Source: Malacoraja senta
Taxonomy: Eukaryota
Length of the DNA: 64,000 bases
Reading direction: 5' to 3'
Assembly (NCBI GenBank): GCA_038087875.1
Contig: CM075991.1
Span: 4,154,001-4,218,000 of the forward strand
Part shown: in pieces, positions 52,797-64,000 of the stretch
Numbering within the stretch: the first letter of the stretch is position 1
How the letters are laid out: each line of letters opens with the position of its first letter
Program-made: the position numbers and the translations under genes
The notes under the pieces: model-generated
Seen by the model: only the letters and a program-made list of their open reading frames with translations
Told to the model about the DNA's origin: nothing
The model's database searches: none

Positions 52797-55367
52797 TCAC
52801 GTGTACTGAGGTAGATAGTAGTTCAGGACTGCTCTCTAGTTGTGGTAGGATACTTCACCACTCAACAGGACCATAGCTGACATTCCACCTCCCCCTTTCA
52901 CACAAGTATCATCTGCCCCTCAGTGTGGGATGTTTATATTTTCCTGCACGAATTAAAAAGCAAAAAAAAAAAATGGAGTTTGCTGGAGAATTGAAATAAA
53001 AACAGAAAATACTGGAAAAACAGCAGCACATCACAAGCAGCATCAAAACAAATGCTCAATAGCCTCAAACGTTATGGGCTTCAATCCCATTCTTCTCCCA
53101 TCTCCTCAGACATTAACTCTCTTTCTTTCTGCATAGACGCTGCTTGACCTAATGAGTATCCTCTGCATTTCAGGTTATGTTGAGGATATTTGGCGGCACA
53201 GTGACGCAGCGGTAGAGTCACTGCCTTACAGCTCTTGCAGTGCCAGAGACCCGGGCTTGATCCCAACTACGGGTACTGTCTGTACGCAGTTTGTACGTTC
53301 TCCCCGTGACCGCGTGGATTTTCGCCGGGGATGTCCGGTTTCCTCTCACACCCCAAAGACGTTCAGGTTTATAGGTCAATTGGTTTGGTTTGTATATTTA
53401 GCATAAGTGTAAACTGTCCCCAGTATGTGTAGGCGTGGGTTAATGGGCGGGGATTTCCGCGCTGTTTCCGCGCTGTATCTCGAAACTAAACTAAACTAAA
53501 TTTGCTGCCGTCATTATTAATGCTAAATTATTTATACCGGATTTAAGCAACTGTCAATTTGTGACACGATTTCAAAATTTATCATAACTGCAGTGAGATT
53601 TGAGAATGTCCCTGAATCATATTCTAAAAATTGCAATCATTGATGTATCAATTCCGCTTTTATACTTTGCATGTTGTGGTTTCAATATTCAGAATGTTCA
53701 CAATGTTCAGAAGCCATGAAGTCATAGAATTATGGGAAGAGGCATTTCGCACTTCTGAGTCATAGCCATGCAGCAATGTAGCATGGAAACAGGCCCTTCT
53801 GCCCAACTGATCCCTGCTGACCAAGATGCCCAGCTAAGCTATTTTCCCCATATTCCTCTACACCTTTTCTATCCACTTACCCATCCCTGTGTCTTTTACT
53901 TCTTGAAACAAGGAAATGCAGATGCCAGTTAATACACAAAACGATACAAAGTGCTGAAGTAACTCAGCAGGTCAAGCAGCATCTCTGAGGAACATGGATA
54001 GGTGATGTTTCAGGTCGAGATTGTTCTTCTGACTCAGGGTCTGAAGAAGTGCCTTGACCGGAAACGTCACCCATCTACTTTCTCCAGCAATGTTTCCTGA
54101 CCTGCTGGTGTCTTTTAAATGTTGTTACACCTGTCTCAATTACTTCCTCTGGCGGTATGTTCCGTGAAAATGTTGCCCCTCAGGTTACTATTAAATCTTT
54201 CCCTTCTTACCTTAAACCGATGACCCCTATTTTCTTGATTTCCCCTTATCTGTCATGTGTGGGGGGCTGCACAGTGGCTCAACGTTAGAGTTGCTGCCTT
54301 ACAGCGTCAGAGACTTGGGTTCGATCCTGACAATGGGTGCTGTCTGTACAGAGTTTGTATGTTTTCCCTGTGAACGTGTGGGTTTTCTCCAGGTGCTCCG
54401 GTTTCCTACCACACTCCAAAATCGTACAGGTTTGTAGGTTAATGGGCTTCTGTAATTTTGTAAATTGTCCCTAGTGTGTTGGATAGAACTAGTGTACGGG
54501 GTGATAGCTGGTCGACACGGACTCGATGGGCCGAAGGGCACTGCATCTCCAAAGTCTAAAAAGTCTAAAGATAAACTAAGGCAGAAGGCTGTCAGGACTG
54601 GGAATATTGAGAGGAGAAAGTACTCGAAGCAGAATCTCTCGTGGTGTACAAACAAGGAATTGCATAAATATTTGAATGAGGCAAATGAAGACAAGCAAGA
54701 GCTAGCATCAGGACTGTAGGGCTGAATGGCTTTTGCCCGATGCATTGCTTCCAAAGACTGGAGCAGTTTAAGCAGACGTGGAGATCAGATTAGATTAGCA
54801 AAGGCATTGAGGGGGGCACAGCTATTCTTTGTTCCACCTGTGTGAGCCTGTTCTCACTGGAATCCTTCCTTCGATGACTTGCTGCCCTCATGCAGTGAAT
54901 GGAGATGGGTTCTGGCAGGATTTCCACCGACTGATCTGCTTACGATTAGAGACCAGAGGAGAGACTATCGGTACGTGGCAGGCTTGGCCAGTGGAATGTG
55001 CGAGCTGTAAGGTTGCTCCGAAGCAGGATTCAGTAAACCTCATGTTCAACCGATCGAGTTTACTTTTGAATTTGTGGAATAGGATGAGGGGAAAGTCTGG
55101 CAGACGTGTGTGAATGCCCAGACGGGAGAGGATGAAACATGCCTTCGAAAGTTGCAACATCCAGGCTCCTGTAAACCTGCCTCAGTCGGTTTAACACTGT
55201 GATATACAAGCAATGCAGGGCTGCCAACTCCAGGGCTGCCAGTTGGGAGTGAGAAATTGGGAGAGACCAAGCCCGAGGGAGCATGGGGGGGGGGGGGAGG
55301 AGGGTGTCCCCCTCCCATTGGTACAGAACATTTGCATTTTTCAGTTTGAAATTGTGCAATATGTTAA

Positions 55368-55970
55368 AGGTCTGTCTCACGAATCTGCGGTCATTGGCGG
55401 CGAAACGGGAAGAATCTGCCGCCATAGACCGCGCACTCGTGAGAACGTACAATTCCCGGGCCGTGCGGTGGTGTTCCCAACACCGCGCGGTGCTAAAATA
55501 AAATCGACAATGTCGAAAACACTATACTCACCGCACAACCTCCACCAGTGATGCACAAGTGCGGCACGGCCGCTCGCACGGGCCGCCGCCAGTATGGGTC
55601 GAGCACCGTGCGTCAAACCTCCACTGCCACAGCCTCCGCCAGTGAGGCACGTGCCGCCGCCAGTGAGGCACGTGTGCTGCACGGCCGCAGTCACAGCCAC
55701 CGCTACAGCGCCGCGATCAGGATGGCCGCCGCCACAGCCGCCGCTGGTGAGTCACGTGCGGCGGGCCGACGTCATCGCAGTCGGCCCGCCCTTTTTTTAC
55801 TTACCGCAAGCACGTGGGACCCGCCGTGTTTTAATTAACTCGGCCCCTGCGCAACATCCGTGCGGCGCTCCGGTGGATAGGCTCGACGCTCTCGCCGTTG
55901 CCGCGCGGTCCTCGCTACCGGCGACGCCGCGCTTCACCGCCGATGACCGCAAACAGGTAAGACAGAGCCT
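55368..55970. mobile_element. 603-bp CpG-rich Harbinger-type MITE, copy 2 (opposite orientation)
   Basis: Reverse complement of 28290-28892 with scattered substitutions. TAA on the left flank. Confidence 0.85.
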
Positions 55971-56136
55971 TGGGCGTACCCGATGAGGGAGTGGAGCAAC
56001 CGAGTGGGGAGAGGGTGTGGAAGAAGGGTGTCCCCCCTCCCAGGGTAGGAACTTTTTGAAATTTGATGTATTAAAATAATGTTTTAGTGCACTGTAGAAG
56101 TATGATTTCAATGTTTTTTGTATGAAGTATTTTTAA

Positions 56137-59100
56137 TTATTTTTTTTATTTTTTTTTTTTTTTATTAGAAGTATTTTACATTACAGTAATCTGCAATAAC
56201 GTAAGTTTATACAGATCTTATACCACTTCTTATTTTAAACTTTAATAGGAAAAAAGGATAGAAAGAGTTAGTAAAGATAGTCAGTGAGTGAATGGAAGAG
56301 TGGTCCAGGAACATCCGTATGAACCTAAACCACAAGAAATAGTTTAAAAAGAAAAGAAAAAAACCAAAAGGTGGAAAAAGAAAAAAGAAAAAAGAAAGTA
56401 AGATTGGACATTATGAGAGGGATGTACCTACTTCTTATCTTTACTCACCCCTCGCCAGGTCCTAAAACCATTTATTATCAACATTTTGTTGCACCCTATG
56501 TTTGTAATAAGTCGATATATGGAGACCAAATCTTTTGGAATTGGTCTTGTTTACCTGCTAGGAGGAATCTCATATCTTCTAGGTGTAACAATTCTGACAT
56601 ATTAGAAGTCCACATTTTTAGTGTTGGCGTAGGAGCATTTTTCCAAAATTTCAGTATCAGTTTTTTTGCGGTTATTAAGCCATAATTAAGAAAACTCCTT
56701 TGAAACGAAGTCAGCTCCAAACTTGCTTCTATTGTTCCAAAAATAATCAATTCTGCATTCGGTTTCAGTTTTACTTTAAATAATTTAGTGAAAATTTCAA
56801 AAATGTCATACCAAAATCTTTGGATTTTTATACAAAAAACAAAAGAATGTGCTATAGTTGATTCTTGGATTAGGCATTTATCACAGATAGCAGAGGTATT
56901 TGGGTAAAATTTACTTAATTTAGCTTTTGAATAGTATAATCTATGTAAAATTTTAAATTGAATCAGAGTATGTCCTACGTTAATCGAGCATTTATGCACA
57001 TATAATAGGTGTTTATCCCAACTCTCTTTCGAGATTTTTATAGCTAGTTTCTGTTCCCATTCTCTTCTAATCCCATCCGATGATGGAATTTCTATGTTTA
57101 AATTGGAATTGTATAGGTATGATATTAAATGAGCTGATTCCGCTTTTATATTCATTATCCCATCTAATAGGTCAAGAGGCATATTTTGATATTCTCGTGT
57201 ATACTTTTTCAAATAGTCACGTATTTGAAAATATTTGAGATATTGATTACTATTCAGGTTGTATTTAAGTTGTAATTGGTGAAATGTTAAAAAACTTCCA
57301 TTATCATACATATCTCCAAACGTTTTAATTCCTACTCATTCCCAATTTATAAAAGCTCTATCTATCATAGAAGGTTTAAACGAGGGGTTATTCGTTATAG
57401 GTGAGAGAAGTGATAGATTTCTTAATTTTAACGTTAATTTTATTTGTTTCCAAATTCTAATTGTACTATGAATAATTGGATTTTTACTATATATTGTATT
57501 CTTCATTTTTGTTGGTGAGTCCTCTCTCTCCATTACTATCCACTCCACCTGCTGGGCCGAATTGTCCAACAGGTGTATCATATTTTTGACATTTGTGTCC
57601 CAATAATAATATAGAAAATTGGGGAGTGATAATCCACCAAATTCTTTAGGTTTACACAAATGTTTTCTTTGGATTCTGTGGAATTTATAGTCCCATATAA
57701 AATTTGTAATATCAGCATCCAATTAAAAAAAATTTTTTTTTGGTAAGTATATCGGTATTGACTGGAATAAATATAAAATTTGTGGTAAAAAGATCATTTT
57801 TATAGCATTTATTCGGCCTATAAGAGACATCGGGAGGGTTTTCCAGAATTTAATCAGTGTGTTTAGTTTATTGAGTAAGGGCATATAGTTTGCATTAAAT
57901 AGAGATTTATATTTTCTAGTAATTTCAATTCCCAAATATTTAAATTTTTCTGAAGCGATTTTAAAAGGGAATTTTAACAGGTGTGTCGGTTCTTGAGGTT
58001 TAATCATCACAATTTCACTTTTATTCCAATTTATTCTAGATCCTGAAAAGGATCCAAATTCCTCTATTAAATTTAATATATTTGGTATACTAATTTGTGA
58101 TTTTGTGATATATAGTAGTACATCATCTGCATATAAAGATATCTTATTATTTGAGTATTTTGTATTATACCCATGAATGTTCGGATGTATCCTAATACTT
58201 TCCGCTAACGGTTCTATTACAAGAGCAAATAGCAGAGGTGATAATGAACACCCCTGTCTATTTCCCCTTGATAACTGAAATTTCGAGGACAAGATATTAT
58301 TAGTTAATATTCTGGCAGTAGGCCTATCATATAATAATTTTACCCAAGCGATAAAATTCTCTCCCACTTGAAATTTTTGCAGTACTTTAACCATATAATC
58401 CCATTCCACTTGATCAAATGCTTTTTCTGCGTCCAGTGAAATAATTGATAAGCCTTGTTCTTCGGTTTTATGTGAGTGCATTATATTAAACAGATGTCTC
58501 AAGTTATTGCTTGAGTATCTCTTGGGTGTAAACCCTGTTTGATCCAGATTTATTAATTTACTAACATAGTCACTTAATCTTCTAGCTAATGTTTTCGCTA
58601 ATATTTTTTGATCTGTGTTTAACAGCGCAATAGCTCTATAAGAACCCGGATCTTCTAAATCTTTACCTTTTTTAGGTATAAGTGTAATCGTTGATTCCGC
58701 TAATGTTTCTGGAAGTGTATGTTCTTTAAAAGCATATGTATACATTTTGTGTAGTTGTGGTGTAATTATCTCGTTAAATCTTTTATAAAATTAATTACTA
58801 AAACCATCTGGTCCTGGTGTTTTTCCATTCTTTAATGTATTTATTGTTTCTTCTATTTCCTTAGTTGAGACTTGTGCACCTAATTCCTCTTGTTCACTCA
58901 AATTGAGTTTTGGGAGATTACAATTATCCAGAAACTCTCTAACTTTGGTACTGTCTGCTACCGCTTTAGATGTATATAAGTTTTGATAAAATTGAGCGAA
59001 TCTTTTATTAATATCCTTAGGTAGTGTTAACAATTCCCCTTTGTCTGATTTAATCTTTAAAATCGTGTGATCCTTTTCCCGTTTTTTCAGTTGTCGAGCC

Positions 59101-59726
59101 AGAAGTTTGTGTGGTTTATCCCCAAATTCAAAATTTTCCTGTTTTGTAATTTGAAATAATCTAATAACATTTGCTGATAATATTTTGTTTAATTTAAATT
59201 TCATTCTTGTTATTTTATTATGTTTATCTATAGTTGGCTCTTTAGCATTATCTAATTCCAATTCTCTAATTCGTTCTTCTAACTGCCTTTGTTCTTTCTT
59301 ATTCCTTTTATTTAAAAAAGCTTGGTATGAGATTATAGATCCTCTAATAACTGCTTTGAATGATTCCCATAGTAGAACTGGTGAGGTCTCTGGGGTGTCA
59401 TTATTCTTTAAAAAAAGTTCCATCTGTTGTTTTAAATATATTTCCCCTTGTGGGTCATTTAAGATTTGAGGATTAAACCTCCAAAACGATTTATTAGAAG
59501 GCATTCCTAATTTTTAAAAAAAAGTTAACAGGGAGTGATCAGAAATTATACTATTGTGATATTTTGGATTCAGTATATAGGGAATTAGTTTTGTATCCAC
59601 TAAAAAATAGTCGATACGTGAATAAGTTTTGTGTACCATTGAATAAAACGAGTATTCCCTTCCGACAGGGTTAGCGATCCTCCAAACGTCTGTTATATTT
59701 GTATTTTTTATGTAAGTATTTAAGAA
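56137..59726 (-). mobile_element. 5'-truncated L1-clade LINE (ORF2 in fragments, 3' UTR, poly-A)
   Basis: APE end (YSRIDYF, SDHS), KTPGPDGF, RT motifs LDAEKAFD, RQGCSLSPLLF and YADD, C-terminal CxxC...HxxxxC. Poly-T on the plus strand at 56137-56163. Flanked by a 107-bp direct repeat. Confidence 0.95.
56496..59726 (-). pseudogene. L1 ORF2 (endonuclease/RT), disrupted into five pieces
   Basis: Track ORFs 59514-59777, 58791-59504, 57723-58745, 57336-57722 and 56496-57311 follow L1 ORF2 domain order. Confidence 0.92.
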
Positions 59727-60645
59727 GTCCCCCCTCCCAGGGTAGGAACTTTTTGAAATTTGATGTATTAAAATCATGTTTTAGTGCACTGTAGAAGTAT
59801 GATTTCAATGTTTTTTGTATGAAGTATTTTTAAGAGGTAACCTTTTAAGGGGTAACTTTATCCACACAAAGGGTGATGGGTGTATGGAACAAGCTTCCAG
59901 AGGAGGTAGTTGAGGCAGGGACCATCCCAACATTTAAGAAAAAGTTAGACTGATACATGGATAGGACAGGTTTGGAGGTATGGACCAAAAGCAGGTAGCT
60001 CTCTCCCTCTTCTCCCTCTCTTTTACCACCCCTCTCTCTTCCCCCTCTCTCTCCCATTCTCTCCTCCCTCTCCAACCCCTCTCTCTCTTCCCTCTCACCC
60101 CTCTCTCTCTTCCTCCCCTCTCCCACCTCTCTCCCCCCCTCTCCCTCTTCTCTCTCTCCCTTCACGCCCCTCTGTCTCTCCCCTCTCTCTCCTCTCACCC
60201 CTCTCTCCCCCCTGTCTCCCTGTCTCCTTCCCCCCTCTCTCTCTCCACCTCCCTTCGAGAGTCTGTCCCTTCGGCACAGAGACTCTCACGGCAGCGGCGC
60301 AACGCTTCCGACGGCCCGGGACTCTTGCACTGCTCCATGGCCGGAGCTGCAGCGAGCCACTCGCCAGCCCCGCAAACACTCGCCAGCCCCGCAAACACTC
60401 GCAGCCCGGCTGGCAACTCTCACGTGAGAATCACGCCCTCAAGCAAACTCTCACGCCCTCACGCTGATCAGAAATTTCTCACGCTCTGTGGTGAGAAATT
60501 CTGTGATCAACGAAAATTTCAAAACTCAGATAAACTGCATGGTCCGCGGGTGTTGGAGAGCAGGGGCTGAGGGAGGGATGGGAGCAGAACAGCAGCAGCG
60601 GGAACAGATGCGGGGAACACGGACTGGCGAGTGTTTGTCGGGCTG

Positions 60646-61635
60646 CGAGAGAGAGGGGAGAGACAGAGGGGCGTGAATGGAGAGAGAGAAGAGGGGGGAG
60701 GGGGGAGAGAGGTGGGAGAGGGGGTGAGAGGGAAGAAAGAGGGAAGAGAGAGAGGGGGTGGAGAGGGAGGAGAGAATGGGAGAAGGGGAAGAGAGAGGGG
60801 TGGTAAAAGAGAGGGAGAAGAGAGAGGGAGAAGAGAGAAATGGGGGAAAGAGAGAGAGATGGGGAGGGCAAAAATAAAGAGGAGATAGAGGCAGAGGAGA
60901 AAGAGAAAGGGGAGAGTGAGGTGGGGAGGGGAGAAATGGGGGAGAGAGAGGGAGAGAGGAGAGGGAGAGAGATGAGAGAGAGAGAGGGGGGAAGAGAGAG
61001 GGAGGTGAGAGGAGAGACAGAGAGAGAGGGGAGAGTGTGGAGAGGGAGAGGGAGAATGAGAATGAAATAGAGAGGGAGGGAGAAAGAGAGAGAGGGGGAA
61101 GCGAGGGGGAGAGAAAGAGGGGGAAGCGAGGGGGAGAGAGAGGAGAGAGAGAGGGGGAGAGAGAGAGAGGGGGAGAGAGAAGAAAGAGGCTGAGAGAGAG
61201 AGGGGGAGAGAGAGGGGGAGAGAGAGAGGGGGAGAGAGTTAGGGGAAAGAGAGGGGTGAGAGAGTTAGGGGAAAGAGAGGGGAGAGAGAGGGAGAGAGAG
61301 GTGAGAGAGGAGAGAGGGGACGAGAGAGAGGGGGGAGAGTGAGGGGAGGAGAGAGGGGGAGAGAGAGAGGGAGAGAGAGGGGGAGAGAGAGGGGAAGAGA
61401 GGAGAGAGAGAGGGGAAGAGAGGGGGAGAGAGAGGGGGAGAGAGAAAGAGGGAAGGGGAGTGAGAGGGGGAGACAGGGGAGAGGAAGGGGATGAGAGGGA
61501 GAGGCAGGAGGAGAGAGAGAGGGGAGGAGAGGGAGGGAGAGAAGAGGGGGTTTGATAGGAGAGAGTGGAGAGAGGGAGAAGAGAGAGAGAGGGGAGGAGA
61601 GAGAGAGAGAGGGGGGAGAGAGGGGGATAGAGAGG
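60646..61635. repeat. Polypurine (GA-rich) low-complexity tract; 60001-60190 is an inverted copy of its start
   Basis: About 1 kb of almost only G and A. CTTTTACCACCCCTCTC near 60020 pairs with GAGAGGGGTGGTAAAAG near 60793. Confidence 0.92.
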
Positions 61636-63461
61636 CAGGGCTGCCAACTCCCATGCATTGAGCATGTGAATCACGCATTTCACCAATTTCAGCTGATCAC
61701 AAATTTCTTCGCTCTGTTGTGAGAAATTCTGTGATCAACGGAAATTTCAAAAACTCATATCAACTGCATGGGCCACGGGTGTTGGAAGCAGAAGTGAAAT
61801 GAAATGAAAATGAAATGAATTGTTTGGCCTGCCCTGTGCTTGAAATGGAAATGGAAATGGAAATGGAAATGGAAATGGAAATGGAAATGAAATGAGCTGC
61901 TTGGCCTGCCCTATGCTTGAAATGTAATGGAAATGAAATGAGTTGTTTTGTCTGCCTGAAACCACAAATTTCAGCCCACCAGGCCCCTATTTGACGAGAA
62001 ACCTGTCCATTTTGCCCAAAATGCCCTTATTAGCCCAGGAGGAGCATTTTGGCTGGTGATGCTGCCTGTCCCACTGAGTTACTCCAGCATTTTGGGTCTA
62101 TCTTTGGTTTAAACCAGCATCTGCAGTTCCTTCATACACATTGTGCATCTACCCAATCTATTCCTCTCATGATTTTATGCACATGAGTTTCATCCTCGAA
62201 TGTCCCGATTCAATCTTATCCCCCCCTTGTCCAGTCCCGTTTGGCACACATCCAAGTCTCTCAAGATTCCAGCATCTGTAGTTCCTTGTGTCTACAAAGA
62301 TACACATATTTTAGGATGGAAAGTGCATTTGCTGATTTTGGTGGAGTGCATTTGCTAAATTGGGCCATAAAAATCAGAATGGAATTATAAATTGTACAGC
62401 ACAGTAATAGTGTGGCACAATGGCACAGCGGTAGAGTTGCTGCCTTACAGCCCCAGAGACCCAGGTTCAATCCAGCAACGGACTGTTTCAGCTGCTACGG
62501 TCAGGCAAACGCCTCCGGTTGCCATGCTGTGAGAACGGAGAGGATGAGAAGGAGTTTCTTCCCAGAGGCCATTAGGACTGTAAACTCCTACCTCACCAGG
62601 GACTAACTTTACTGAACCATTCTACTGGGTTTTTTTAATTGCTGATTTTTTCCCCCTTTTTCCTTCCACCCACAATATTTAATATGTAAAAGAATATGTG
62701 ATTCTGTTCCATTCTGTTTGTAGTTTGTTGGTTGTTTGTTTGTTTTTTTGCACAAAGTCCACGAGCGTTGCCACTTTTCATTTCACTGCACATCTCGTAT
62801 GTATATGTGACGAATAAACTTGACTTGACTTGACATGTCCCAGCTACGCTACCTGCTTTTGGTCCATACCTCCAAACCTGTCCTATCCATGTATCAGTCT
62901 AACTTTTTCTTAAATGTTGGGATGGTCCCTGCCTCAACTACCTCCTCTGGAAGCTTGTTCCATACACCCATCACCCTTTGTGTGGATAAAGTTACCCCTT
63001 AAAAAGTTACCTCTTAAAAATACTTCATACAAAAAACATTAAAATCATACTTCTACAGTGCACTAAAACATGATTTTAATACATCAAATTTCAAAAAGTT
63101 CCTACCCTGGGAGGGGGGACACCCTTCTTCCACACCCTCTCCCCACTCGGTTGCTCCACTCCCTCAACGGGTAAACCCAAGGCCAATGATCAGTGATCGC
63201 ACAGCCTCCCCCCTCCAATCCAAAAACGCTCCAATCCAATTTAAAGCATATAATAAATATATTGTATTCAAGTGTAAGTTAAAAGACTCGCTACAGTATG
63301 TAACATATTGCACAATTTCAAGCTGAAAAATGCAAATGTTCTGTACCAATGGGAGGGGACACCCTCCTCCCCCCCCTCCCCCCTCCCGGTCGCTATGCTC
63401 CCTCGGGCTTGGTCTCTCTCAATTTCTCACTCCCAACTCTCACCCAATGTTGGCAGCTCTG
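61636..63461. mobile_element. Core unit of the same TIR family (left end to right end) carrying CR1, Rex1 and SINE fragments and a (GAAATG)n repeat
   Basis: CAGGGCTGCCAACTC at 61636. Its left-end sequence is paralogous to 60408-60560, and its right end matches 43140-43344. Confidence 0.7.
61795..61940. repeat. (GAAATG)n simple repeat
   Basis: Tandem GGAAAT/GAAAT units. Confidence 0.9.
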
Positions 63462-63483
63462 AGCAATGTGTAATCAAAGTTAA

Positions 63484-63796
63484 AGCCCACGGTACGAGTT
63501 CATTCCAAGAGCTCTCCCGAGTTTGCCCTGATTCGAACTCGGAGATTTACGGTAATGGCCACTCGTCGGTTCTCGGGGCTCTCGTGGACATTTTTCAGGC
63601 ATGTTGAAACATCTTCACGAGTCTTCCTGTGCTTACCTGCCGTTAGCGAGTCTTCCCGAGTACCTGCCGTTAGCTCGAAGAGACTTCCCCGAGCTCCAAC
63701 GTACCCGCTACGTTCATTCTCCGTGCTTACCACGAGTTTGATTTTTTTTAAACTCGGGAGAGCTCTTGGAATGAACTCGCACCGTGGGACAGGGCT
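63484..63796. mobile_element. Harbinger-type MITE with a small deletion in the left TIR
   Basis: CCCACGGTACGAGTTCATTCCAAGAGCTCTCCCGAGTTT versus AAACTCGGGAGAGCTCTTGGAATGAACTCGCACCGTGGGACAGGGCT. Confidence 0.8.
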
Positions 63797-64000
63797 ATTA
63801 GGGTTGGTATGGTGGCGCAGCGGCAGAGTTGCTGCCTTACAACGCCAGAGACCCAGGTTCAATCCTGACTACGGGTACTGTCTGTGCTAAGTTTGAGGTG
63901 ATGTGGACTTACCATCGGAGCCGATCCCTTGCCTGGGATCGACGCTCCAACTGCAGCCTGCGGATTTCACCATCGAGGACCTCGCAGTGTCGGGTAGAGA

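Larger units (their letters stand above)
55216..63461. mobile_element. Composite non-autonomous TIR DNA element (P- or hAT-like ends) with 7-bp TSD AGCAATG
   Basis: Starts CAGGGCTGCCAAC and ends GTTGGCAGCTCTG. AGCAATG flanks both sides (55209-55215 and 63462-63468). Long internal inverted arms. Confidence 0.75.

Noticed and set aside
59845..61686. ORFs up to 386 aa rich in S/L/P or E/R/G
   Set aside because: They are stop-free readings of the polypurine/polypyrimidine tract.

Overview
Eukaryotic, repeat-saturated, apparently non-genic DNA. The dominant repeats look like the HE1-type tRNA/V-SINE and its partner HER1-type CR1 LINE, which points to a cartilaginous fish, probably a skate or ray. 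This is an inference from family recognition, not from a database search. I found no supportable host gene, and nearly all short ORFs in the track are by-products of repeats. The main structures are: (1) a structurally complete but coding-decayed DIRS1-like tyrosine-recombinase retrotransposon (47970-52749, minus strand) with inverted termini, an internal complementary region (ICR), an AAT recombination site and apparent splice signals; (2) an 8.2-kb composite DNA element (55216-63461) bounded by CAGGGCTGCCAAC-type terminal inverted repeats (TIRs) and a 7-bp target-site duplication (TSD), which contains an inverted partial copy of itself, a Harbinger MITE and a 5'-truncated L1 with a 107-bp TSD; (3) many Penelope-derived short repeats carrying minimal hammerhead ribozyme cores; (4) several PIF/Harbinger-type MITEs; (5) fragments of Rex1/Babar, Tx1, Hero, Vingi-like and L1 LINEs, an AFC-like CORE-SINE, microsatellites and one 200-N assembly gap.
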